Shown: piece after piece, positions 29,870 through 39,438 of the stretch
Numbering within the stretch: the stretch's first letter is position 1
How the letters are laid out: each line of letters opens with the position of its first letter
Source: an uncultured delta proteobacterium
GTDB taxonomy: Bacteria > Desulfobacterota > Desulfobulbia > Desulfobulbales > Desulfocapsaceae
Direction of reading: 5' to 3'
DNA: 64,000 nucleotides
NCBI GenBank assembly: GCA_963696725.1
Contig: CAVOLI010000007.1
Span: 275,285-339,284, forward strand
Translations under genes and position numbers: made by a program
The notes under the pieces: generated by a model
What the model was told of the DNA's origin: nothing
Databases searched by the model: none
What the model saw: only the letters and a program-made list of their open reading frames with translations

Positions 29870-29876
29870 AGCGTAA
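28686..29876 (+). CDS. tuf: elongation factor Tu (copy 2, tufA-like position)
   Basis: Protein identical to copy 1 except for the last residue (A vs S). Canonical rpsL-rpsG-fusA-tuf order. Confidence 0.97.
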   Translation: MSKVKFERTKPHVNVGTIGHIDHGKTTLTAAITRVLSLKGQAKFTDFSEIDKAPEEKERGITIATAHVEYETVNRHYAHVDCPGHADYIKNMITGAAQMDGAILVVAATDGAMPQTREHILLARQVGVPAMVVFLNKCDMVDDDELIELVDMELRELLDKYEFPGDDIPFVQGSALHALENPEDEDKAKCIWELMDAIDNYIPEPKREVDLPFLMPVEDVFSISGRGTVATGRIERGVIHVGNEVEIVGIRKTQKTVVTGVEMFRKLLDQGQAGDNVGVLLRGTKRDEVERGQVLAAAGSITPHTKFKAECYILSKDEGGRHTPFFNGYRPQFYFRTTDVTGVVTLADGVEMVMPGDNISIDAELITPIAMDVGLRFAIREGGRTVGAGVISEIVA

Positions 29877-29890
29877 AAAGGTCTGAATAT

Positions 29891-30205
29891 ATGATACCTA
29901 CAGAGAAAATTCGCATTCGCCTCAAGGCCTATGATCACAAATTGCTGGATCAGTCTACCCATGAGATCGTCGATACTGCGCGCCGGACCGGGTCTGCTGT
30001 GGCCGGCCCGATACCATTGCCGACAACGGTGAACAAGTACTGTATTCTTCGCTCTCCGCATGTTGACAAAAAGTCTCGCGAACAGTTTGAGATGAGAACT
30101 CACCGCAGGCTCCTTGATATCCTGGAGCCGACCCAGCAGACGATTGATCTACTGATGAAACTGGAGCTCTCAGCTGGTGTTGATGTTGAGATCAAGCTGC
30201 CCTAG
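29891..30205 (+). CDS. rpsJ: 30S ribosomal protein S10
   Basis: [17 protein letters not shown]...GPIPLPT...[14 protein letters not shown] is the canonical S10 sequence. Confidence 0.97.
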   Translation: MIPTEKIRIRLKAYDHKLLDQSTHEIVDTARRTGSAVAGPIPLPTTVNKYCILRSPHVDKKSREQFEMRTHRRLLDILEPTQQTIDLLMKLELSAGVDVEIKLP

Positions 30206-30250
30206 AGCGCAGCAGCAAACGAAACGTAAATTGAAGCATCGGGTACGATT

Positions 30251-30880
30251 ATGCCAAAGACAATGGGTATACTAGGTAAAAAGTTGGGGATGACCCGCAT
30301 TTACGACGAACTGGGTGTTGTTATTCCCGTCACGGTCGTAGAGACCGGACCCTGTACTGTTTTACAGATTAAAACAATGGCAACGGATGGCTACAGTGCA
30401 ATCCAGGTCGGCTTTTCCGAAAAGAAACAGTCCAAGCTCACCAAGCCGATGGCAGGCCATTTCAAGAAGGCTGGTGAAAACGGTTACTATCACGTCCGCG
30501 AGTTCAGGGTGGAAACGCCTGAAAATTTCGAGGTTGGCCAGAAGCTGTCCGTCGATGACGTGCTCAAAATCGGAGATGTTGTCGATGTCCAGGGGATTAG
30601 CAAGGGTAAAGGATTTCAGGGTGTCATGAAGCGCCACGGTTTCAAAGGCGGCGGTGCATCTCACGGCTCCGGGTTTGCGCGAGCGCCTGGTTCAATCGGA
30701 TGCAGTGCCTGGCCGGCGCGAGTCGTTAAGGGCAAAAAAATGCCGGGACGAATGGGTAATGATACAGTTCTGAAGAAAAACACGGTGGTGATCGATGTCC
30801 GTTCAGAAGATAATGTCGTCCTTTTGAAAGGCTCCGTCCCTGGAGCCAAGAACGGTCTGCTGAAGATTTTTTCGAGATAA
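30251..30880 (+). CDS. rplC: 50S ribosomal protein L3
   Basis: GILGKKLGMTRIYDE...; ISKGKGFQGVMKRHGF.GG.ASHGS. Confidence 0.97.
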   Translation: MPKTMGILGKKLGMTRIYDELGVVIPVTVVETGPCTVLQIKTMATDGYSAIQVGFSEKKQSKLTKPMAGHFKKAGENGYYHVREFRVETPENFEVGQKLSVDDVLKIGDVVDVQGISKGKGFQGVMKRHGFKGGGASHGSGFARAPGSIGCSAWPARVVKGKKMPGRMGNDTVLKKNTVVIDVRSEDNVVLLKGSVPGAKNGLLKIFSR

Positions 30881-30913
30881 CGTGTCGATAGAGACCGGTT
30901 CAAGGAGAGCATA

Positions 30914-31537
30914 ATGTCAACGGTAGAAGTTAAAAATATAAAGAACGAAAAGGTTGGCGAGATCGAGCTGAATGACCAGATTTTCAATCTTGAGGTCAAG
31001 GGCTACCTGCTTCATGATGCAGTCCGCATGCAGCGGGCCGCAAAAAGAGCAGGAACAGCTTGTACAAAAACTCGCAGCGAGGTGAGAGGAAGCGGTGCCA
31101 AACCATGGCGACAGAAAGGTACCGGGCGAGCTCGCTCGGGAACGCGGCGTTCGCCAATCTGGCGGGGCGGTGGCGTTGCCTTTGGCCCGAAGCCACGTGA
31201 TTACAGCTTTAAGCTGAACCGCAAGGTTAAGAAACAGGCTGTAGCCATGGCGATGTCGGCACGGCTCCAGGAAGGTAATCTCGTCGTTCTCGATGACTTC
31301 ACGCTGGACCAGATCAAAACAAGGGATTTCGTTCAGGTGATGAATGCCCTTGCTCTTGATACGGCTTTGATCGTGATAGAAGATACCAATGAGAACCTGA
31401 CGAAATCATCCAGGAATGTTAATGGATTTAAGGTCCTGAACTCTGAAGGGTTGAATGTGTATGACATTCTTCTGCACAGCAAGCTTGTGCTCCTTCAGCC
31501 TGCGATTACAAGCCTTGAAGAGAGGTTTTCGGCATGA
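30914..31537 (+). CDS. rplD: 50S ribosomal protein L4
   Basis: KTRSEVRGSGAKPWRQKGTGRARSGTRRSPIWRGGGVAFGPKPRDY is the L4 signature. Confidence 0.97.
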   Translation: MSTVEVKNIKNEKVGEIELNDQIFNLEVKGYLLHDAVRMQRAAKRAGTACTKTRSEVRGSGAKPWRQKGTGRARSGTRRSPIWRGGGVAFGPKPRDYSFKLNRKVKKQAVAMAMSARLQEGNLVVLDDFTLDQIKTRDFVQVMNALALDTALIVIEDTNENLTKSSRNVNGFKVLNSEGLNVYDILLHSKLVLLQPAITSLEERFSA

Positions 31538-31821
31538 AAAATATCTACGAAGTACTAAAGGGGCCATGCCTCACGGAAAAGGCGAGTTTGCAGCAGGAGA
31601 TTGACAATAAAATTGTTTTCAAGGTGCATCCCGGCGCCAACAAGGTCGAGATCAAACAAGCCGTAGAAAAGATGTTCAACGTTAAGGTGAAAAACGTTCA
31701 GACAGTGTCCATAAATGGAAAACAGAAGAGAGTGGGACGTCATATCGGTTTTACCAATAAATGGAAAAAAGCCTATGTCACTCTGTCGGAAGGTGAAATC
31801 AACTTTGTTGATGAACTATAA
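31534..31821 (+). CDS. rplW: 50S ribosomal protein L23
   Basis: 95 aa, ATGA overlap with the rplD stop. L23-like (LTEKASLQQE...KVEIKQAVEKMFNVKV). Confidence 0.95.
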   Translation: MKNIYEVLKGPCLTEKASLQQEIDNKIVFKVHPGANKVEIKQAVEKMFNVKVKNVQTVSINGKQKRVGRHIGFTNKWKKAYVTLSEGEINFVDEL

Positions 31822-31899
31822 AAAACATTCGGCAGTGTCGGTACAGAGCGAAACTGAAATAGATTGTCCACTCAAAGATGATGGAGCGATTGGGAAATC

Positions 31900-32722
31900 A
31901 TGGCTATAAAGACATATAAACCAACATCAGCTGGTAAACGACATCACGTGTCTACCAAAAATCCGGACTTGTCCACCAAAGGACCCGAAAAAAGTCTGGT
32001 CAGCAGTCTGTCTAAAAGCGGCGGGCGCAATAACTACGGTCGAATCACCGCACGGCATATCGGTGGCGGCCATAAGCGTAAATATCGCATAATCGACTTC
32101 AAGCGAAACAAAACTGAAATCGCAGCAAAAGTCGTTTCGATAGAGTATGACCCCAACCGATCTGCAAATATTGCCCTGCTGAGCTATATTGACGGCGAGA
32201 AGACCTATATTCTCGCCCCTGATGGCATTGCTGTTGGCGACAAGGTGATTGCCGGCGACAGAGCTGATATCCAGCCGGGCAATTGTCTGCCGATGGTGAA
32301 TATACCACTTGGTACGATTATCCATAATATCGAGATGAAGATCGGCAAGGGCGGACAGCTTGTTCGCAGCGCCGGTACCTCTGCGCAGTTGATGGCAAAA
32401 GAGGGCAACTATGTACTTGTGCAGGCTGCCCTCCGGCGAAGTTCGGAAATTCAACAATCTCTGCCGTGCCTGTATCGGCCAGGTTGGAAACCGGGAATTC
32501 GAGAGCCAGAAGCTCGGCAAAGCCGGCCGTACCCGCTGGCTTGGTAAACGCCCCCATGTGCGAGGCGTGGCCATGAACCCGGTTGATCATCCGATGGGCG
32601 GAGGTGAAGGAAAGAGTTCCGGTGGTCGTCACCCGTGTACACCATGGGGTAAGCCGACAAAAGGCTACAAAACCAGAAACAAGAAAGCGTCTGACAGAAT
32701 GATTGTCAAACGGAGATCATAA
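31900..32722 (+). pseudogene. rplB: 50S ribosomal protein L2, reading frame interrupted by a 1-nt frameshift as assembled (probably functional in vivo or an assembly indel)
   Basis: Frame of 31900 encodes canonical L2 up to ...[13 protein letters not shown] (GTG 32419-32421), then non-homologous sequence to a stop at 32547. The conserved C-terminal third ([10 protein letters not shown]...GQVGN...[19 protein letters not shown]...) is in the +1 frame, 32423..32722. Skipping C32422 gives a 273-aa L2. Confidence 0.9.
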
Positions 32723-32735
32723 AAAGGAGTAAGCA

Positions 32736-33005
32736 ATGTCTCGTTCAGTAAAAAAAGGACCTTTCATCGACGACCATCTGATGAAAAAAGTAGACAAGGC
32801 TATCGAGTCTGGTTCCAGGAAAGTGATCAAAACGTGGTCGCGCAGGTCCGATATCAGTCCTGAGATGGTGGGGTTGACTTTCGCGGTTCACAACGGTAAA
32901 AAGTTCATCCCCGTATTTGTCTCTGAAAACATGGTCGGACACAAACTTGGCGAGTTCTCTCATACCCGAACATATTATGGACACTCATCGGACAAGAAAA
33001 AGTAA
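32736..33005 (+). CDS. rpsS: 30S ribosomal protein S19
   Basis: [19 protein letters not shown]...[30 protein letters not shown]. Confidence 0.97.
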   Translation: MSRSVKKGPFIDDHLMKKVDKAIESGSRKVIKTWSRRSDISPEMVGLTFAVHNGKKFIPVFVSENMVGHKLGEFSHTRTYYGHSSDKKK

Positions 33006-33045
33006 AGCACCTGCATTTTGACAGGACGTATTGGGAGTACACAAG

Positions 33046-33378
33046 ATGGAAACACGAGCCGTAGGAAAATATATCCGTGTATCACCGCAGAAGGCAAGAC
33101 TGGTTGCGGATGTGGTTCGGGGAATGAATGTTGATCAGGCGATTACAACGCTTAAGTTCATGCCTAAAAAAGCTGCAGCGATCCTGAAACAGGTGATTGA
33201 GTCTGCAGTTGCGAACGCAACCCAGGATGATCAGGTTGATGTGGACAATTTATTCGTAAAAAAAATCTTCATCGACGGCGGCCCCTCGCTGAAACGTATC
33301 ATGCCTCGGGCAATGGGAAGGGCGACCGGGATCATCAAGCGAACGAGCCATATAACTGTAGTCCTCGATGAGAGTTAA
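33046..33378 (+). CDS. rplV: 50S ribosomal protein L22
   Basis: METRAVGKYIRVSPQKARLVADVVRG... Start moved from TTG 33031 to ATG 33046. Confidence 0.93.
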   Translation: METRAVGKYIRVSPQKARLVADVVRGMNVDQAITTLKFMPKKAAAILKQVIESAVANATQDDQVDVDNLFVKKIFIDGGPSLKRIMPRAMGRATGIIKRTSHITVVLDES

Positions 33379-33449
33379 CTTGTCGAGTCTGACGTTGAAT
33401 TTACTATTTTGGTAAATTAATAAACCACCTACTCAGTTGGAGGATTGTT

Positions 33450-34094
33450 TTGGGCCAGAAGGTTAATCCATTAGGACTAAGACTGAATATAACCCGTACT
33501 TGGGACTCGATCTGGTACGCCGACAAGGACTATTCCACTTTCCTTATCGAAGACCAGAAAATTCGTAAATATCTCAAGAATCGTCTCTATCATGCCGGAC
33601 TTTCAAAAATTATCATTGAGCGTACCGGCGAGAAGATGAGGGTGAAGCTGTTCACTGCACGACCCGGTATTGTGATCGGCAAAAAAGGTGCGGAGATCGA
33701 AACATTAAAAAAGGACATCGAGCAGGTGTTCAAAAGATCGGTAACGCTGGACATTCAAGAAGTCAGGCGACCCGAAGCCGATGCGCAGCTTGTTGCTGAA
33801 AGCGTAGCCTCACAACTTGTTCGACGTGTAGCTTTTCGCCGGGCGATGAAAAAGGCGGTGAATTCGGCGCTCAGGTTTGGTGTCCAGGGCATTAAAATCT
33901 CATGTTCAGGACGCCTCGGTGGAGCTGAGATGTCTCGTTGCGAATGGGTTCGGGAGGGACGGGTCCCGCTGCATACGCTGAGAGCTGATGTTGACTATGC
34001 CCTGGCTGAAGCTAATACCACATACGGTATAATCGGCGTAAAAGTATGGATTTTTAATGGTGAGGTCCTTGACGAAAAAGAGGCTGTCAGCTGA
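33450..34094 (+). CDS. rpsC: 30S ribosomal protein S3
   Basis: TTG start 5 nt after GGAGGA. (M)[24 protein letters not shown] domain and C-terminal domain. Confidence 0.96.
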   Translation: MGQKVNPLGLRLNITRTWDSIWYADKDYSTFLIEDQKIRKYLKNRLYHAGLSKIIIERTGEKMRVKLFTARPGIVIGKKGAEIETLKKDIEQVFKRSVTLDIQEVRRPEADAQLVAESVASQLVRRVAFRRAMKKAVNSALRFGVQGIKISCSGRLGGAEMSRCEWVREGRVPLHTLRADVDYALAEANTTYGIIGVKVWIFNGEVLDEKEAVS

Positions 34095-34136
34095 TTTTCT
34101 TCAGGTGAGTTGATACCAGGTAATTTGGAGTAAGAC

Positions 34137-34553
34137 ATGCTAAGTCCCAAAAAGGTAAAACATAGAAAGGTGTTCACGGGTAAACTAAGAGGAACAGCCC
34201 AGCGCGGCGCGTCCATCTCGTTTGGTGATTTTGCCCTGAAAGCAACCACCAGCGGCAAGATGACAGCTCAGCAGATCGAGGCTGCCCGTGTTGCCATTAA
34301 CCGAAAAATCAAACGTGGCGGCAAGGTCTGGATCAGGGTTTTTCCGGACAAGCCGGTTACCAAAAAACCAGCCGAGACCAGGATGGGTAAAGGTAAAGGC
34401 AGCCCGGAATACTGGGTCGCTCCTATCAAACCGGGCAGGATTCTTTACGAACTGGCAGGTGTTGATGAAGAACTTGCCGTACGGGCACTGACGCTGGCTG
34501 GAAATAAACTTCCTTTTGGCACGAGAGTTGTTTCTAAAAGGAGAACATTATGA
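34137..34553 (+). CDS. rplP: 50S ribosomal protein L16
   Basis: [19 protein letters not shown]...[24 protein letters not shown]. Confidence 0.97.
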   Translation: MLSPKKVKHRKVFTGKLRGTAQRGASISFGDFALKATTSGKMTAQQIEAARVAINRKIKRGGKVWIRVFPDKPVTKKPAETRMGKGKGSPEYWVAPIKPGRILYELAGVDEELAVRALTLAGNKLPFGTRVVSKRRTL

Positions 34554-34750
34554 AAGCTGAAGAGATCAGGAAATTGTCCGACGAGGAACTTGAAAAAAAA
34601 GCAAATGAATTGCGCGAAGAATACGGAAACCTGTCGTTTCAGCACAAGATTCGACCTCTTGAGGATACTTCGCGGCTGAAAAAAATTAAAAAAGATATTG
34701 CACGAATTGAAACGATTGCTGTTGAAAAAGGGCTTGCCCGAGACTTTTAA
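34550..34750 (+). CDS. rpmC: 50S ribosomal protein L29
   Basis: 66 aa, ATGA overlap with rpl[25 protein letters not shown].. Confidence 0.93.
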   Translation: MKAEEIRKLSDEELEKKANELREEYGNLSFQHKIRPLEDTSRLKKIKKDIARIETIAVEKGLARDF

Positions 34751-34800
34751 TAAATTAAACGCGGCTCATTATTCGTGCTGCAACATCTTGAAATTATATT

Positions 34801-35061
34801 ATGAGTGAAAATAAAAAATCGAGAAAAACGAGAACAGGTTCTGTTGTCAGCAACAGGATGGAGAAGAGTGTGGTTGTCCGGGTCGAGCGTAAATTCCGTC
34901 ACAAGCTGTACGGCAAATATGTGAAGACCAGTGTCAAGTACCTCGCCGACGATCCGCAGAACCAATGCAATATCGGTGATGTTGTTCTTATCGAAGAATG
35001 TCGTCCATTGAGTAAGAAGAAGCGTTGGCGGATCAAATCCATACTCGAACAGGCGGTATAG
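34801..35061 (+). CDS. rpsQ: 30S ribosomal protein S17
   Basis: RTGSVVSNRMEKSVVVRVERKFRHKLYGKYVKTSVKY.ADDP...GDVVLIEECRPLSK.KRW. Confidence 0.96.
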   Translation: MSENKKSRKTRTGSVVSNRMEKSVVVRVERKFRHKLYGKYVKTSVKYLADDPQNQCNIGDVVLIEECRPLSKKKRWRIKSILEQAV

Positions 35062-35124
35062 CGCTAAAGGTTCCTGACGGTACCTCGCGTACCTGTCAAG
35101 GCTGATGTAGAATCAGGTGACACT

Positions 35125-35493
35125 ATGATACAAACTGAAACAATGCTGAATGTTGCTGACAACTCCGGAGCAAGAAAAGTGCTCTGTATCAGAGTTCTCG
35201 GCGGCACGAGAAAGAGATATGCCGGAATTGGCGATGTAATTGTCGTAACGGTCAAGGAAGCTATCCCTCACGCCAAGGTGAAGAAAGGGGATGTAATGAA
35301 AGCGGTCATTGTCAGAACGGCGAAGGCAATGAAAAGAATGGATGATACCTGGGTGAAGTTTGACGAGAATGCTGCTGTTATTCTCTCTCAGGCAGGTGAA
35401 CCGATCGGTACCCGTATTTTTGGACCGGTTGCCCGTGAGTTGAGGAATCAAGGGTTTATGAAGATCATTTCTCTTGCCCCTGAAGTCCTCTAG
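35125..35493 (+). CDS. rplN: 50S ribosomal protein L14
   Basis: [27 protein letters not shown] is the canonical L14 sequence. 122 aa. Confidence 0.98.
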   Translation: MIQTETMLNVADNSGARKVLCIRVLGGTRKRYAGIGDVIVVTVKEAIPHAKVKKGDVMKAVIVRTAKAMKRMDDTWVKFDENAAVILSQAGEPIGTRIFGPVARELRNQGFMKIISLAPEVL

Positions 35494-35539
35494 CAATTCG
35501 CATATCGCTGAAGATCAGCACAGTAAAATAGGTAACGAG

Positions 35540-35872
35540 ATGAGACAGGGTAGAACATACCTCAAGGCAAACGATCAGGTTGAAGTTATTGCTGGAAAGG
35601 ATAAGGGCAGGGTGGGAAAGGTGCTCAAGGTTTTTCCCGCTGAAAACAAAGCCACGGTTGAGCGTATCAATATGATCAAGCGTCATACCAAGCCGCGGGA
35701 AATGAATCAGCAGGGACAGATTGTTGAGAGGGAAGCTCCTCTTCACGTGTCAAACCTCCAGCTGATATGTCCAGAGTGTACGCAAACCGGTCGAATAGGC
35801 AGAAAGCTTCTCGATGATGGTACCAAAGTCCGCTTTTGCAAGAAATGCGGCGAGTCAATCGAGAACAAATAA
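35540..35872 (+). CDS. rplX: 50S ribosomal protein L24
   Basis: KOW motif ([21 protein letters not shown]). Start moved to ATG 35540. The ORF-track start 35474 overlaps the end of rplN. Confidence 0.92.
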   Translation: MRQGRTYLKANDQVEVIAGKDKGRVGKVLKVFPAENKATVERINMIKRHTKPREMNQQGQIVEREAPLHVSNLQLICPECTQTGRIGRKLLDDGTKVRFCKKCGESIENK

Positions 35873-35907
35873 TAGGTCACGTAGAGGACGTATACCAGGA
35901 GTTATAC

Positions 35908-36447
35908 ATGGGTGCACTTAAAGACTATTACTACAACGAATGCGTTCCTGCATTGAAGGAAGAGTTTGGTTATACCAATATCATGCAGGTACCCAAACTT
36001 GAAAAGATTGTCCTTAACATGGGTCTTGGTGAAGCCGTCCAGAACCCGAAAATCATAGATGGCGCCGTCAATGAACTGACAAGGATCGCAGGACAGAAGG
36101 CAGTTGTCACCAAGGCTAAAAAGTCAATCGCGAGCTTCAAGCTGAGGGAAGGGATGCCGATCGGCTGCCGTGTCACGCTTCGTGGTGACAGGATGTATGA
36201 TTTCCTGAGCAAGCTTGTTAACATTGCACTGCCGCGGGTAAGAGATTTCCGGGGAATGTCGCCCAAGTGGTTTGACGGGCGCGGCAATTACTCTCTCGGA
36301 ATTAAGGAACAGATTATTTTCCCTGAAATTGACTACGATAAGATTGATAAAATAAAAGGTCTCAACATCACAATCGTAACCTCCGCACCAACCGATCATG
36401 AGGGGCGGGCTCTTTTGGGATTGATGGGAATGCCGTTTAAAAAATAA
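35908..36447 (+). CDS. rplE: 50S ribosomal protein L5
   Basis: [40 protein letters not shown]. Start moved to ATG 35908 (AGGAG upstream). Confidence 0.95.
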   Translation: MGALKDYYYNECVPALKEEFGYTNIMQVPKLEKIVLNMGLGEAVQNPKIIDGAVNELTRIAGQKAVVTKAKKSIASFKLREGMPIGCRVTLRGDRMYDFLSKLVNIALPRVRDFRGMSPKWFDGRGNYSLGIKEQIIFPEIDYDKIDKIKGLNITIVTSAPTDHEGRALLGLMGMPFKK

Positions 36448-36485
36448 TTATCACATTATTACAGACAGAGCTATTGGAGGCTGGT

Positions 36486-36671
36486 TTGGCTAAGAAATCA
36501 ATTATTGCTCGAGCGCAAAGAGAACCGAAATTTAAGGTTCGGAAATATAATCGCTGCCCATTGTGTGGACGTCCGCGTGCGTTCATCAGGAAGTTCGGGG
36601 TTTGTCGAATCTGTTTCAGGAAACTGGCGTCAAGCGGCGAAATAACAGGAGTGACTAAATCCAGCTGGTAG
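36486..36671 (+). CDS. rpsN: 30S ribosomal protein S14, type Z (zinc-binding, 61 aa)
   Basis: (M)[54 protein letters not shown] with CxxC...CxxC. TTG 36486, 5 nt after GGAGG, gives the canonical 61-aa length. TTG 36474 is the alternative start. Confidence 0.9.
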   Translation: MAKKSIIARAQREPKFKVRKYNRCPLCGRPRAFIRKFGVCRICFRKLASSGEITGVTKSSW

Positions 36672-36725
36672 CAGATTTGTTTCAGCTGATAAGTTAATCC
36701 GTTTACACAATGAGGAGTGTTCGCT

Positions 36726-37124
36726 ATGTCAATGAGCGATCCCCTGGCAGACATGCTGACCAGGATACGTAATGCAGTAATGGTTAAATTCGATTCGGTG
36801 CAAATGCCGAAATCAAATGTAAAGGTTAATGTTGCAAAAGTTCTGCAGGATGAGGGATATATCCTCGGCTATGCAGTCAGCGACGAGGGACCCCAGGGAA
36901 CTTTGACCATAGACCTTAAATACGGACCGAATGGTGAGCCGGTGATAACGGGCATAAAACGGGTGAGTAAACCCGGTTTAAGGCAATATGCTAAAACCGG
37001 AAAGATCCCGACAGTGCTCAACGGTCTTGGAGTCGCTATCGTTTCAACGTCAAAAGGTATCGTTTCTGATCGTGTTGCACGTGAAAGGAATACCGGCGGC
37101 GAGATACTTTGTGAAGTGTGGTAA
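36726..37124 (+). CDS. rpsH: 30S ribosomal protein S8
   Basis: [17 protein letters not shown]... Start ATG 36726 after GAGGAG. Confidence 0.96.
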   Translation: MSMSDPLADMLTRIRNAVMVKFDSVQMPKSNVKVNVAKVLQDEGYILGYAVSDEGPQGTLTIDLKYGPNGEPVITGIKRVSKPGLRQYAKTGKIPTVLNGLGVAIVSTSKGIVSDRVARERNTGGEILCEVW

Positions 37125-37148
37125 CACCGGTACGAAACGGAGGAAAAA

Positions 37149-37688
37149 ATGTCACGAATTGGAAAAATGCCTATCCCGGTGCCTGCAGGTATCAAGATCG
37201 ATATTAAAGGTCAGGATATCTCGGTCAGTGGAAGTAAAGGCGCTTTACACCGTACCATTCATCCCGGAATCAGTATTGAACTGAAAGATGGCGAGATCCT
37301 GGTGACAGGTGGTGAAAACGATAAAAAATTAACTGCCTTCCGGGGTCTGATGCGTTCGCTGGTCAACAACATGGTGGTTGGCGTTGATCAGGGGTTTAAG
37401 AGAGTCCTTGTTATCGAGGGCGTCGGGTATCGTGCCAGCGTCCAGGGCAAAAAGCTTTCACTCAGTGTCGGCTATTCGAACCCCGTTGAATTCATCTTGC
37501 CGGATGATGTCTCCGGTGGTGTAGAAAGCAACAAGATCATCCTGGAATCAATTGATAAGGAAACTCTGGGAATGACAGCATCGAAGATCCGTTCCATCCG
37601 AAAACCCGAACCATACAAGGGCAAGGGTATTCGCTACGAGGACGAACATATTGTCCGTAAAGTTGGTAAGTCTGGTGCTGCATCATAA
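37149..37688 (+). CDS. rplF: 50S ribosomal protein L6
   Basis: MSRIGKMPIPVPAGIKIDIKGQDISVSGSKG... 179 aa. Confidence 0.97.
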   Translation: MSRIGKMPIPVPAGIKIDIKGQDISVSGSKGALHRTIHPGISIELKDGEILVTGGENDKKLTAFRGLMRSLVNNMVVGVDQGFKRVLVIEGVGYRASVQGKKLSLSVGYSNPVEFILPDDVSGGVESNKIILESIDKETLGMTASKIRSIRKPEPYKGKGIRYEDEHIVRKVGKSGAAS

Positions 37689-37738
37689 TTGTAAAATAGT
37701 GGTTAATCGACTTTATTTTCACTAATTGAGAAGAAACA

Positions 37739-38104
37739 ATGGCAAAAACAAATCCAAGCACCGTTGCAAGGAAAAAAAGGGTTCGGAGGATTCGCAAGAA
37801 AATTTGTGGAACCGGCGAACAACCCCGACTCAGAGTGTTCAAATCCAGTAAGCATATCTACGCACAGATCATAGATGATACTACCGGTCAGACTCTGGTC
37901 TCAATGTCAACGGTCGATAAAGCATTCGAGAAAGGTGAGGAAAAAGGTAAAGCCGCATCCGCCAAGCAGGTCGGCAAGGTCATCGCTGAACGTGCCAAAA
38001 AGGCGGGTATCAGCAAGGTGGTTTTTGACCGTGGCGGTTTTATTTACCAGGGACGTGTAAAGTCCCTCTCAGATGGAGCTCGCGAAGGCGGGCTGGAATT
38101 TTAA
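37739..38104 (+). CDS. rplR: 50S ribosomal protein L18
   Basis: [25 protein letters not shown]...[28 protein letters not shown]. Confidence 0.97.
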   Translation: MAKTNPSTVARKKRVRRIRKKICGTGEQPRLRVFKSSKHIYAQIIDDTTGQTLVSMSTVDKAFEKGEEKGKAASAKQVGKVIAERAKKAGISKVVFDRGGFIYQGRVKSLSDGAREGGLEF

Positions 38105-38130
38105 TTTGAACTATTTAATGGGGGTGCCCC

Positions 38131-38643
38131 TTGTCTGAGTTTAAGCGTTCCAAAAGTGAGCCAACTGAGGAACTTATTGAAAAAATAGTATATATCAATA
38201 GAGTTGCCAAGGTTGTCAAAGGTGGTCGTCGCTTCAGCTTCAGTGCAATCGTCGTTGTAGGTGATGGAAAAGGTAAGGTAGGCTACGGACTTGGAAAGGC
38301 CAACCAGGTTCCGGAGGCGATTCGCAAAGGAATAGAAAAAGCACGAAAAGAAATGAATGCTGTTTCCCTTACCGAAGCTTCTATCCCGCATCAGGTTATT
38401 GGCAAGTATGGCGCAGGACGTGTCCTGCTGAAACCTGCTTCTGAAGGTACTGGCCTGATTGCCGGCGGCCCGGTAAGGGCGGTACTCGAGGCGGCCGGAG
38501 TCGGCAATATTCTTACCAAATGCCTTGGCTCACATAACCCGCACAATATGGTTAAAGCTACACTCAATGGCTTGAAATCACTGAGATCAGCTCAGAAAAT
38601 TGCTGAATTTCGCGGCAAGACGGTTGAAGAGATAACTGCTTGA
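38131..38643 (+). CDS. rpsE: 30S ribosomal protein S5
   Basis: TTG start. [52 protein letters not shown]. Confidence 0.96.
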   Translation: MSEFKRSKSEPTEELIEKIVYINRVAKVVKGGRRFSFSAIVVVGDGKGKVGYGLGKANQVPEAIRKGIEKARKEMNAVSLTEASIPHQVIGKYGAGRVLLKPASEGTGLIAGGPVRAVLEAAGVGNILTKCLGSHNPHNMVKATLNGLKSLRSAQKIAEFRGKTVEEITA

Positions 38644-38708
38644 TTTAAGCTTTTTCATTAATTTGAGCAGCTGCTGATAAAATATTAGAATTTACATGGT
38701 GCAGTTAC

Positions 38709-38891
38709 ATGGCTGAGACAATTACATTCACCCAGGTTAAGAGTGGAATCGGCAGCACAGAAAAAATACGTGCCACGCTGACCGGTCTTGGACTTACTAA
38801 AATGCAGAAGACGGTAACCCGTAAAGATACCCCTGAAATCAGGGGCATGCTTGCCAAGGTTCGGCATCTTGTTCGGGTAGAGGAGGCTTAA
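38709..38891 (+). CDS. rpmD: 50S ribosomal protein L30
   Basis: 60 aa, ITFTQVKSGIGSTEKIRATLTGLGL. Confidence 0.93.
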   Translation: MAETITFTQVKSGIGSTEKIRATLTGLGLTKMQKTVTRKDTPEIRGMLAKVRHLVRVEEA

Positions 38892-39347
38892 ATGATAACT
38901 CTTGGGAACCTTTCACCACAGAAAGGATCAAACAGGGAAAAAAAACGTGTCGGGCGAGGTCCCGGATCCGGAAATGGGAAGACAGCAGGGCGCGGACACA
39001 AGGGCGCACGGTCCCGCTCAGGCTACAAAAGCAAGCCCGGATTCGAGGGTGGCCAGATGCCGCTGCAGAGACGCCTCCCCAAACGCGGCTTTAAAAATAA
39101 ATTCAGGAGCGTCTATACAATTGTCAGCCTCAGCCAGCTGGAGTCCTTTGATGCAGGGCAGGAAATTACCGTTGAACTGCTTGTTGGGGCCGGAATGGCC
39201 AAAGCCGGGCAACCGGTAAAAGTGCTTGCCAACGGCGAATTAAGCAAATCCCTGGTCGTCAACGTCGACAAGGTAAGCGGGAAGGCCAGAGAACTCATCG
39301 AAAAGGCGGGAGGCAGTGTGATTGCTGCTCCTGCTGAAGAGAAATAG
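38892..39347 (+). CDS. rplO: 50S ribosomal protein L15
   Basis: KRVGRGPGSGNGKTAGRGHKG..SRSG...GFEGGQMPLQRRLPKRGF. Confidence 0.97.
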   Translation: MITLGNLSPQKGSNREKKRVGRGPGSGNGKTAGRGHKGARSRSGYKSKPGFEGGQMPLQRRLPKRGFKNKFRSVYTIVSLSQLESFDAGQEITVELLVGAGMAKAGQPVKVLANGELSKSLVVNVDKVSGKARELIEKAGGSVIAAPAEEK

Positions 39348-39438
39348 CAGCGTTTACCAGATGTGAGATGAAATGGCAGGCTGACTGTTCAGTCTGCCAT
39401 TTTTCTCGTTTACCGAGATTTGAAGCAGGAACACTTAC

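Noticed and set aside
32416-32425. Programmed +1 ribosomal frameshift in rplB (prfB-like CUU slip).
   Set aside because: A CTT codon and an upstream GAGGG exist. However, the SD-like element is 10 nt away (prfB uses 3 nt), there is no in-frame stop or rare codon to stall the ribosome, and no programmed frameshift is known for L2. An indel is the simpler explanation and is reported as a finding.
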